DNA of 64,000 bases, taken from NCBI GenBank assembly GCA_001179505.1, contig CDMY01000384.1, positions 1 through 64,000 on the forward strand. Direction: 5' to 3'. The first letter of the stretch is position 1. Each line of letters opens with the position of its first letter. The notes under the pieces were generated by a model. The model did not search any database and was not told where the DNA came from. It saw nothing but the letters and a program-made list of their open reading frames with translations. The position numbers were made by a program, and so were the translations under genes. This stretch comes from Vitrella brassicaformis CCMP3155 (Eukaryota > Protista > Chromerida). Of this stretch, positions 25,831-36,500 are shown piece after piece.

Positions 25831-27588
25831 ATGATCCCCAACAGCGTCCAAGGCAGCGTCGCAGGGAGCTACCACAAGGCCCGAGGCGTGTGGGTGGCCA
25901 GCCCCAAGAAGGCGCCCATCAACAACGCAGAACAGACCACGGCAGAAGTCAGCGCAGAACAACTGAAGGTGCGTCTCATCAGAAGCCACCAAAACCATGA
26001 CCTGCACACACGTGTGGATGCGGGTGTGTGTTGGTGTCAGAGCATCAACGCGTTGAATCTGGATAGGCCCGCGGGTAGCCCCGAGCATGCGTCCAAGATG
26101 CCATGGAACAAGAAGCATACCTCCAAGGGCCGCTCATCGTCGGGTGCTCACTCAGGTATGCAAGCAAGGCGGCAGCAGTGAGCATCGGAGTATGTGTGTG
26201 CACTCGAACGTGTTCTCTAGGTGGCTCCCAAGGCCGAGCTGACGGATATGGCGGTAGTGGTGGTGGAGGTGGTGGTGGGCAGTCCTCTGCGCCTCCGCCC
26301 CTTCTCAAGACGCCCATGGGCCTGCCGAAGTGGCCGGTGCAGCATGTGGTGCGTTTGCTGTGCTCTGATAACACGGCTACCACCATGATCAGACACGAAG
26401 GTAAGGCAGTGCACAGTGCAGGGGTGCAGCTGTGTATGTGCCTGTGGATGGATGGATTGATGGATGGATGGATGTGTCTGTGTGACGGTGCGATGGAGGG
26501 TTGCAGGTGAGTTCTTTGATTCCATGCGGCGTGAGGCGGGCGTGATCATCTCTATCACCGAGCGCGGCGCCTTCCGCTCCGGCAAGGAGTATCGGATACT
26601 CTATGTAAGGGGACCGATCAAGGGCATCCTGAGGGCACTCGAACACGTCGTGGTCAGCCACACACAGACAGGCATGCCAACAGACGCTCACACACACACA
26701 TTTATCTGAACCTGTTGCATGAATGTATGTGTGTAGAGTAAGGTGTACGAGGCGTGTTCGGCCAAGTGTGTGGTGTGTCGCGTGCTCGTGCCGGCGGGGG
26801 ACACGGCGGGCATCACGGGCACGGGAGGCGGCGGCCTGTCGACGCTGCTTGACGCCACGGGGGCCACGGTCAAGGCAGAGGGGACCGAGTACCAGTAAGT
26901 GTGGATGGAATTGGCCTGCTTGAATCACATTTGTCTGATTTGCGTGTGGTTGGTCACGTGGATGTGCAGTGGTGGGGAGACGTTCCGTATCGTGAGTGTC
27001 AGTGGGGGAGAGGAGGCGGTGCTGTGCGCACTGACTCACATCGTACAACAGCCGCTTCAGGTCCGCCTGTCAGAGAGAGCAAACAACATTACACACACGA
27101 ACACCCCAGCATCATACCGTGCCTGCGTGTCTGCAGGTGGCTGAGAAGGGCGGCCCTGGTGCTGCCTCTCCGCACCAGCACCGCACTCACAAGGCTCCCC
27201 CGCCTCCCCCGCCTCCACCCCCACCTCCACCTCCCCGTTTCCCTCCCCCGCCCCCGCCCCCCCGGCTACCCGTCGTGCTCTCCTGCTGCTGGCCTTACCA
27301 ACAACCGCTGCACCAGTACTGAATGCACCACACCCGGATGTGGCAGGGCGCGTGGACGCATACTCGAATGTGTGTGTGTGTGCGTTCAGGTCATCGTCTG
27401 TCTCATCCACCATGTTGGCCACTACCAGCGGCTCCTGCAGTGGCGGGGAGGCCGACAGTCTCGGCCATGAGGGGGAGGAGGACCGACACGCCGACATATA
27501 CACACCTGCTGCTGCCAGACCAGTGGCGCACAAGAGGTCAGCCATCTCCACCACACTGCCAAAAGACCAACACAAAGACCAAACATAA
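25831..27588 (+). CDS. Multi-KH-domain RNA-binding protein (hnRNP K/PCBP-like) with a Pro-rich C-terminal region
   Basis: VVRLLCS...IISITE...RILYVRG and CRVLVPAGDTAGITGTGG...TGATVK/..RIVSVSG.EEAV..AL..IV are KH-type patterns, split by GT-AG introns. Confidence 0.75.
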
Positions 27589-27790
27589 ACACGTACAGCC
27601 GCTTGTTGTCTGCCTATGGAAATGTGCGTCATGCAGTGATAAGCACGATATCAGCAGTGGGGATCTGGGGGCCGGCCACTATGACGACCGCGCTGATAAA
27701 GGGTCCAGGTACGCACATACCAACGCAACGCACATCAACCAGCGGTGACTTCTGCTGTCGCGAATGGATGGCTGCAGTGGGTGTGATGAG

Positions 27791-27949
27791 ATGAGTGAGG
27801 TGGAGTATTTGCGGATGCAGGTGGAGGCGATGCACATGGAGAAGGAGGCCATCCAGAGGCGACACGAGGCCTTCATCCAGGAGATCATCGCCGCTGCATC
27901 AGAGGGGCTTCCCGACCTCCAATCGCAGCTCACGGTCGTCTTCTCCTGA
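27791..27949 (+). CDS. Short helical/coiled-coil ORF, uncertain
   Basis: MSEVEYLRMQVEAMHMEKEAIQRRHEAFIQEII has coding-like composition and heptad character, with no recognisable family. Confidence 0.25.
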   Translation: MSEVEYLRMQVEAMHMEKEAIQRRHEAFIQEIIAAASEGLPDLQSQLTVVFS

Positions 27950-28005
27950 CTCATCCGCCATCCATGTGTTGCGAGAAACGAGTGTATGTGTATGTGTGCG
28001 CGCGA

Positions 28006-28112
28006 CACGGCGATGATAAAGGGGGAACGACGAGAGGGATAGAGGCGGGTAGATAGATTAGTTGTTGGGTGGCTGAGACATGTTTAGGTACGTGCATGTG
28101 CATAGGTCGCTT
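28006..28112 (+). repeat. Imperfect ~110-bp direct repeat, copy 1 (copy 2 at 30851-30975)
   Basis: CACGGCGATGATAAAGGG...GATAGATT.GTTGTTGGGTG.CTGAGACATGTTTAGGTACGTGCATGTG is present at both sites. Confidence 0.85.
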
Positions 28113-28429
28113 CCGTCACCTGCATACAGGGAAGCGTTCGGGCACGGTGAGGTAGCTATGGATGTGAATACTGAAAGGTACATGCCATCTGTCGCGATCG
28201 CTTGCGAGCTCGGGGGGCTGGTGGGGGCCCGCGGCCGAGAAGGAGGACCACGGAAGAACGCCGCCCCGGCCTTCAAACCACAATTGTTTCGGCATGTCGG
28301 AGTCTGTCGATGAAGGGGCGAAGAACACCGAAAAAAAGCTGGAGGGCGCCGCTGACCAGGAAGAAGACCTTGCGGCGGAGGACGTAAGGAGTGCTGGCTT
28401 GATGAATCAGACGTGGATGTGCACGTGTC

Positions 28430-30068
28430 GACATTCACCAGATTGAGCAACTGGAGTACCAGGGGTTGACATTCCTTGAATACATGGAAGAGTTCGAAGT
28501 CATCAAGCAAGATGCCCTGGGCGAGACGCGAAAAGACATATACTCTTACAGTAACTCAAGAAGTACTGAGAAGCAGAGTTCTCCTGGTTTGTGTGACATA
28601 CGTTAACTCATAGCGCAACGGCAGGCAGAGTCTGTCGGTCTCTCATGAAACGAACTACGTCAACGTCGACCAACCCTCAAGTTCTCCTGGTTTGTGTCCT
28701 GTGATTCTTCTGCAGTGGCTGTGGCCACCAGGGAACCTTCATTGGAAATCAAACCACAGCGACTCCTTCGTTCGAAATCAGCGATCATGCCAAAGGGACT
28801 CTATCAGGGATAGCGAATACGATACTGGTGCAACCTCTTAGCCGTTTTGTGGCTCCAAATTGGGGGGCCCACAATTCTCGGCCTCCGTACACAAAACATG
28901 ACTCGTTGTTGCTTTCATCGAGTGAATGAGAGCTTTTTGTCCTTTCTCGTATGCAGACTTGTATTGAAAGTACACCTCCGCTAATCGTGAAGACCCAGAT
29001 GACGATGGATACTATGACAAAACGCCGCGAGAAGAACTGCCTGCTATAGACGACAATTTTGATGTAGGCATCGGCGCTCTGACGGCCAGATTGCTAGCCA
29101 TTGGTTTCTTGCCACCTATGTTCTTCAACACCTTCCACGTGAGAGGATGCTTCTTTAACCACATCGATGTGTTTCTTTTGTGGCTGCTTGAATATAGGAG
29201 TTCACCCGACTCGTGTACTCCTGGTTTACCGTGGAGATATATTTCATTCCTCGAATAGTCTGACGGGCATTGTGGTTGACATATTGGTATCTGGATGAAA
29301 AGATGAAACACTTTGAGTTCATCATTGTTTTTAACTTTCAATACCTTTCTTGCTCACTCATTTCTGATCATGCTCTACCTCATCCTGCTACCTATTCTGC
29401 TCTGGCTAGAGACGGACCCCATCAATGTTGTACTCAATGCTCTAGCATTTCACTTCTTCGTCTCCATCGTGAGCACTAATGAAAAAGCAAAGGCTTCTAA
29501 GGCGTGAGCTGTATATCATTGTGGTAGGACAATATTGGAGACACACATCAAGTCACACTGGTTGATGACATCGATGTCAACGCCTGTTATCGTCTAATTG
29601 AACACAAGTTCGACATCTACAAGAAGCGATTCTTCAAAGAGCTTACCGAGTGCCTCAAATGGACTCACGGACGGTTGCGTAGAAAAGAATACACAGCAAG
29701 ATAATAGCACGATACACATTGTTCTATTCTACTCCTGATTTCACTTGAACAGCGGCAGAGTTGCGGAGCCTGATATTTCTGCGAAACTGAGAGTGAACTT
29801 GGTGGCTTGGGAGCTTCGATACAGTCGCATGATGCGAGGCGCATTGAGCTATGCCATTGATGGTATTGGTAACGTTGTGAACTTAGTGATATTCTTCTTC
29901 TTCATCATATTCCCAAGCATAGAGGGCCTGGCTATTGTTGCCATAGCGTCAAGCATGTGCTGCTTCCTTGGTGCAAAAAAGGAATTATTTGGTATCAACT
30001 TTTCTTTTGCACTCGTGGTTCATTTTTGCGTGCAGGAGCATTTTTTGCCTTGTGTAATACTGCGGTAA
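28430..30068 (+). pseudogene. Disrupted, low-GC multi-pass membrane protein remnant
   Basis: Protein-like fragments in shifting frames (QIEQLEYQGLTFLEYMEEF, ALTARLLAIGFL, ILLWLETDPINVVLNALAFHF, LVIFFFFIIF) broken by stops. It lacks the intronic microsatellites seen elsewhere. Confidence 0.4.
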
Positions 30069-30116
30069 AAAAAAATACTCACACTCGATACGCAGCTTTC
30101 CACGTGTGTGTGTGTT

Positions 30117-30152
<36 letters not shown>

Positions 30153-30850
30153 ATCTCTCATATTCAGTTTTGGACTGAGTGCGAATTGTGTATAGGCGCA
30201 CGCCATCTGGGGATTTCGTCAGGTGGATTGACATTACTAATCACACACACACACACACACACACGCACAAAGGGCACATGCATCTTTCTGCAGAAGACCC
30301 CTTTCTCGAGGAACTACCAACTCGCAGGGCGTACGCAAAAAAGAAGAAAGACAATTTCGGACTCCTTCAGCTTGATGGCGCACTCACTTAGTGTCTGTCT
30401 AAATATCGAGCCGGTCAAAACATATATGCGTGTTTGGACGTCCGTGTTAGGTGCTTCTTCTGTGTATTGCTTGTTTGTTTGCTGTGCGGTGTGACCTATC
30501 ATATATTGCTGAGTCCTTTGGCAACTAAGTCCTTTGGCAACTAAAGACTACCGAAGGAGAGGATTTAGTTGCCAAACAGGAAAGACAGCCAAGGCAGTAG
30601 TCGACGAGGCGTTCAACGGAAGTATGTCTGTCCAGTATTGTATGGGCACACTTAACTACTCCCGGCTCTTTCACACACACGCAGGATTACGTCTTCGCAT
30701 TCCCCATGTTCGCACACAACACACCATACGCCACACACACGGATCAGCTGCCTTATTCTGTCGATTTTCCTGGCCGTCTGCGTTCTCCTGACGTTAGCCT
30801 TCTTCGTCTCATCTATCTGTTGCGAGATACGACTGCATGTGTGTGCGTGC

Positions 30851-30975
30851 CACGGCGATGATAAAGGGAGTACCGACGAGAGGTAGAGGGGATAGATAGA
30901 TTGGTTGTTGGGTGACTGAGACATCTTTAGGTGGCTGAGACATGTTTAGGTACGTGCATGTGTACGAGTCGCTTC
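30851..30975 (+). repeat. Imperfect direct repeat, copy 2 (with an internal TGAGACAT.TTTAGGT duplication)
   Basis: Matches 28006-28112. Confidence 0.85.
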
Positions 30976-31394
30976 TTTCAGCTGCAGACGTGGGACGGAT
31001 GGATGGATGGATGGATGTGTGTGGGTGCGCTGGTAGGTGTGTATAGCTAGCTATGAATGTGTGACACGTCAATCAATGCTCATGGTTCTCTCGGCGGAGG
31101 GCGGACGCATTCATCAACGAGACGCGTAGAGCAGCACAACGACAGCACCCAGGACTGACGAGAGATCGGATGTTGGGCGACTGAGACGTGTCTAGATCTA
31201 CGGATGTGCATAGGTCGCTTCCTTGATGCATATATGGGATAGGGTGGGATGGGATGGGATGGATGTGTGTGGGTACACGCGTGACATTGGAGGGAGGGAC
31301 AAAGACAGATATGCGTCAATCAAGGCTATTGGATGGGATGTGTCGATTAATCGACTGCATCCCATCCCATCCAATAATGTGTCTCTCACCCCCA

Positions 31395-31530
31395 TTTGCG
31401 ACACGCAACTTGCTCCAGGTCTTAAATCGACATGGCAGGACGGGATCAGCAGGCAGGCACATAGGAGGAAAAAGATCAACCGACGTTTGTGGATGTGTAC
31501 GTAAAGTATGTAGATACAAATAGGCAGACA
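31395..31530 (+). repeat. ~140-bp direct repeat (second copy at 32680-32826)
   Basis: ACACGCAACTT.CTCCAGGTCTTAAATCGACA.GGCAGGACGGGATCAGCAGGCA...GAAAAAGATCAACCG.CGTTTGTGG is shared by both copies. Confidence 0.85.
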
Positions 31531-32168
31531 GAGAGACAGGCAGGCAGGCAGACAGCCAGACACGCAGACACACAGGGGTGGTCAGCATGGGATTGGGCAG
31601 CCTCGGCCTGCGCCCAGCGACGTGAGGGCCCGTGCGACACACGACAGACGCGCACGTACCACCCCCAGCCCCCCAAACCCATGACCATGGGGAAGGAGTA
31701 GTGAGGCTGACAGACATGTAGATACGAGAGGACGACGGACCAGAGATGCAAGAATGCAGGCTTGCACAGCACAGAGAGAAGGCAAGAGTGGTCAGTAGCC
31801 AGATAGCCAGACAGCCAGCCTCCAGACATGCGAATCAGGCGAACGATACCGATGGCTGACAAATCGACAAATGCATGATGGAAGGAAGCAGACAGGCAGC
31901 GAGAAAGGCAGCCAAACAGACGGACAGGCAGCGAGCGAGGCAGCGGAAGAGATGAGCGAGCAGGTAGGCAGGACCGGCAGGCAGCGAGAGTGGCTGCAGC
32001 CAGACAGACAGACAGACAGACAGCGAGCCACCGATGGGAATAGCCGCTGGATCGACGAGCGCGTAATGGAAGGAAGCAGAGAGGCAGCGAGAAAGGCGGC
32101 GAAAGAGCAATGAGGGGAACAAGCAGGACAAACGGGCAGCAAGAGAGACAGCCAGCCAGCCACAGTCC

Positions 32169-32331
32169 CTTGAGTGTCTTAGGTCGACGGCAGTGGCTTA
32201 TGCGAGCTTGCACACATCACATGCACTAGGCATCCACGACCAACATCTTCACACACATGCCGATCCCATGAACGAAAACCGACACAAAGCTCGCCAGGCA
32301 GGCCGCACCAGCAACGCGTCGCGTGAAGACC
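32169..32331 (-). pseudogene. Duplicated 3' end (last codons, stop, 3' UTR) of the RING-CH gene
   Basis: The reverse complement matches 8879-9039: VFTRRVAGAACLASFVSVFVHGIGMCVKMLVVDA* vs VFTIRVAGAACLASIVSVCVYGIGMCVKMLVVDA*. Confidence 0.9.
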
Positions 32332-32464
32332 GGAGCGTAGTGTGGGTGGCGAAAGACCTCCACACACACACACAGAGAGAGAGAGCGCGAGAGGGATGGA
32401 TGGATTGATGCACGCACACAGAAAAACCGACAAGTATCCATCCACATGCTGGCTCGTGCACATG

Positions 32465-32593
32465 GGCGATCTTGTGTGTGAGCGCCAGGGCGTCCTTGAG
32501 CGAAGTCAGCTCACGCGAAGGCGTCGCTGCATCGACACCGAGGGTGAGCTGACTTTGTTCAGGGACACCTTGGCACTCACCAACAAGATCGCC
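32465..32593. other. 129-nt imperfect fold-back (pre-miRNA-like or MITE-like hairpin)
   Basis: Arms 32465-32514 and 32544-32593 pair over 50 nt, with a further inner stem GGCGTCG/CGACACC. Confidence 0.75.
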
Positions 32594-33539
32594 ACCCTCC
32601 CCTCAGGAACGAACAACATGAACCAATGCCCGTGCACGTGTGTACGTGGTATGGGTGTGAGGGTCGCAAAAATGGGGTGTTTGCAACACGCAACTTACTC
32701 CAGGTCTTAAATCGACACGGCAGGACGGGATCAGCAGGCACATAGGAGGAGGAAAAAGATCAACCGTCGTTTGTGGGTGTGTACGTGTGTACGTACGTAT
32801 GTAAATATGTAGATACAAATAGACAGACAGACAGACAGACAGAGAGACAGGCAGGCAGGCAGGCAGGCAGACAGGCAGACAGGCAAATTGCTCCACTCCG
32901 TCGCCACTCTCTCTCTCTCCCCCTATCTCTCTCCCACACGCAGCCCGCACGTCAGCCACCGACACACAGCCAGCTTCCTGAGCTATCTATCCCCCGCTCC
33001 ACATACATGTCCACGGTGCAATGGATGGATGGATGGATCACCCCTTCTCCCTCATACATGCCACTTAGGGTCGATGTGTCTGTCTGTCTATCCGTCTGTC
33101 CCTTATTGTGGGCTGGGAGCGGGCACCAACATCTGATGACGACAAGATAAGGGATAAGCAAGCCGGCCGGGCCAGCGGGGAGCAAAACCTCTCAGGCTCA
33201 CTGCACTGCACGCAGAGGAAAAAGGAGCTGCATACATGTGTGTGTGGATGTGCAGGCACACAGGCAGGCAGGCAGACCGAGACGAACAGGGAGGGAGGGA
33301 CGGGACGGGACGGGACGGCAAGAGAGAGAGACCAGGAAAGCAACAGTGCGCCCGCCCAGAGGGCATGGATAGATAGAAGTGTGTATGTGCAGATACCCAG
33401 ACAGACAGACAGACGTGAATAATGACCATCTCTCCCCTCTCATAAGTATGAGTGTCAGGATGCAATGGATGGACGTGTGTGTGAGTGAGGGATGGATGGA
33501 TGGATGTGTGTGAGGCCTCATTGTCCCTCCCTCCGTCAT

Positions 33540-36500
33540 GTGTCTGTCTGTCTGTCTAAGGCTGCTGGTGTGGCTGTGGGTTGGGGGTGGGGGGTGGGCA
33601 CAAATATCTGAAAGGGAGGGAACCGATAGAGATAGACAGACGCCGTCCGTCTCTGTGCCGATTGTGAGTGTGTGTGTGTGCCGACCTGGTCAGTATTCTT
33701 CATCTTTTTCAGCAGCCAGATTTTGATGGCGCACACCTCTTGTCTGGACAGTTTCCCGCCGAAATTTTGGACGGACGCGTCGTTGGCCGGCGTCTTCTCC
33801 TCAAGCATGAGCGCGAGCGACGCTCCGGTGACACCCTCCTGCTGCAACAAAACACAACGAACGCATCCCGCCCACCCACCCACACACCCCCATCATGTGA
33901 AGCATGCGCTGTGCTGTGTGTCTAATCACTGACATCTTTGACGTGCTGCCAGAGGTCCGGATTGGCTTTGAGGATCCCTTCCTGTTGTTCCAGCAACGCC
34001 AGCACGTCTGCATGGCTCAACTCCTCGAGCTTCTTGGGGCCGTGCTGAGCTGCACTCACGCCGGATGGTGGGCCGCCTTGGTGCCCCTGCTGGACTCCAC
34101 TGCCTGCCTGCACTGACGGCACACCTGCCACACATATACACACACACACACACACACATACACACACACACATGGGTGCATGCGTCTGCGAAGGTATGTG
34201 GGCCCCTCCCTGCCTTGTCCCCCGGTCCCTCACCTGGTTTGTCGCTTCCCTCATTTTTGACATCCGCAGCCGGCTGGTTGTGCGGCATCGGCGGGGGAGG
34301 CGCATAGGGTGGCAAACCGTACGGGCACGGGCCTGACACGCGCATACAACCGTGCCTTGTTTGTTTCCAGACAGACAGACAGACAGACACTGACCCTGCT
34401 GGGGAGCCGGATACTGTGCGTGTGGGTATGTGCCGTAGGGCCAGTAGGGATGTGGTGGCGGCCAGTAGTGAGGGTAGTGTGGTGGCGGATGTTGGGGTGG
34501 CCCTTGACTCCGGCCAGCCCCCTTCTTGTCGCCCTTGGAGTCGTCACTTGCCGTTGCCGCTCCCTTCTCCGCGGCCGCAGCACCAGAGCCACCTCCGGCA
34601 CGCTCACCGGACGATGCGGCAACACCCACACCTGCAATCACGGATAGAGAGATGAATGGCAAATCCACTCACGATGGTTTGATGTGTCTGTGGCCTTCCC
34701 TTCTCACCGTTGTTGGCTGTGTCGGCCGGCACTCCCTCTTCTCTGTCCCCGCCAGCAGACTGCCCGACTTGGTTGCAGTCACCGCCACTCCCTGAATGAA
34801 GGTGCACATGCAGGGTGCGTCACTCCCTTTCTGTTCCTTTTACCACTGGCGTGCCGCTCCCCGTCACCACCACCCCCACCACGACCTGAAAGGGACGGGG
34901 ATGAGCTGATGATGTCGGTCTCAATCTGGACCAGCTCACCGGTCTGTGCGTTGGCGGCCGGTGCTACTTCCCCTCCCCCTCCCCCTGTCCCTTCGCGTGA
35001 CTCCTGCACAGAGGCCTGGAAGCCATCGCCATCGTCATCGAACACAATGGGACGGTCAGATGATGATCCATTCTCTCCGGGAGAAATGCGTATCTGCCCA
35101 TCCCACTGGGGCAGAAACTGCCCGCGGCGGCGTGCTCGCGGCGGGAGTCCCGGCGCACTCGCGGCGTGCTCGCCCTTGACGGTCTCGGACTTGACGGTCT
35201 CTTCGTCTTGCTTTGCTTCCATCTTGAAGGGCTGGGGTGGTGCGGCAGCTGCTGGGGTGGGGGGAGCAGCCATGGGTGGTGGCTGCTCGTGCTGGTGTTG
35301 GTGCTGGTGCTGTGGAGAGGGTGGGGGAGGGGGCTGAGGCTGGGCAGCAGGGGAACCTCCTGCACGCACAGAGGAAGGCCATATACACACAGCAGGGTCT
35401 GAATGCGCGCATCGAGCTGCCTCACGTACCGTGCAGCTGAGCCATTGCGGCGGTTTGCTGCAGCATGGCCAACTGGACAGCGTCGACAGCGTCGGTGAGC
35501 GGCACCCAATTCCACCACCTACGCCTTCCCTTCGACACGATGACATCCACGCCCAGCGCAGCAATCACCACCCGCACTGCCGGCACGTTATCGTTGACGT
35601 CATCCGCGATCTCCAGCTCGGCGTCGTCGGCGTACCTCTTGAGCAATCGGGGTGTACCTTTCGCTGCGACCTTTTTGACAAGCTTCTGTCGGCAGTCGGC
35701 GACGACATCCTCTGGGTCAGGCATGGGCGGGCCACCAGCACCCATCGGCGCGGCCGCGCCAGAAGCACTAGTATCTAATAGAGACGCACGCGCAGCAGTA
35801 GGTATCCCTCTATCGGTTGGGTGTCCCCCCGTTGCTTCCTGACTTACCAGCCATCGGGTCATCCCCCACGCCACCCCCCCCCCCCNNNNNNNNNNNNNNN
35901 NNNNNNNNNNNNNNNNNNNNNNNNNNNNNNNNNNNNNNNNNNNNNNNNNNNNNNNNNNNNNNNNNNNNNNNNNNNNNNNNNNNNNNNNNNNNNNNNNNNN
36001 NNNNNNNNNNNNNNNNNNNNNNNNNNNNNNNNNNNNNNNNNNNNNNNNNNNNNNNNNNNNNNNNNNNNNNNNNNNNNNNNNNNNNNNNNNNNNNNNNNNN
36101 NNNNNNNNNNNNNNNNNNNNNNNNNNNNNNNNNNNNNNNNNNNNNNNNNNNNNNNNNNNNNNNNNNNNNNNNNNNNNNNNNNNNNCCCCCCCCCGCCGCC
36201 TCCTTGCGGCCCGTGTGTGCTCCCGTCCCTGTAGTACGGCGTCCTGTTGCGGCTGTCCTGGGCGAGCTGCCAACCAGAATTCGGCAAATCAAGCCGATCG
36301 GGAGACGTCGTCAGCGCCCGCAGCCCCTCCAGCAGCTTGTCAAAGCGCCACTGCCCTGACGACGGGTCGCGGGAGGCCGTCGCGCTGATGTAGCGGGCCC
36401 TGCCGTCGCTGAGGCCGTCGGCGGACACCGTCACCGTCACGGTCACTGCCTCGTTGGTCCCAGGGATGGGGTGGCAGGTGACCTTCAGCCCTTTTGTCTC

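Noticed and set aside
27990-33500. CRISPR array or intact transposon in the repeat island
   Set aside because: There are no regularly spaced repeat-spacer units and I saw no transposase, reverse transcriptase or Rep/helicase ORF.
35870-36200. Poly-C tracts as a functional G-quadruplex or Gly-rich coding repeat
   Set aside because: They border a 300-N assembly gap, so true length and content are unknown.
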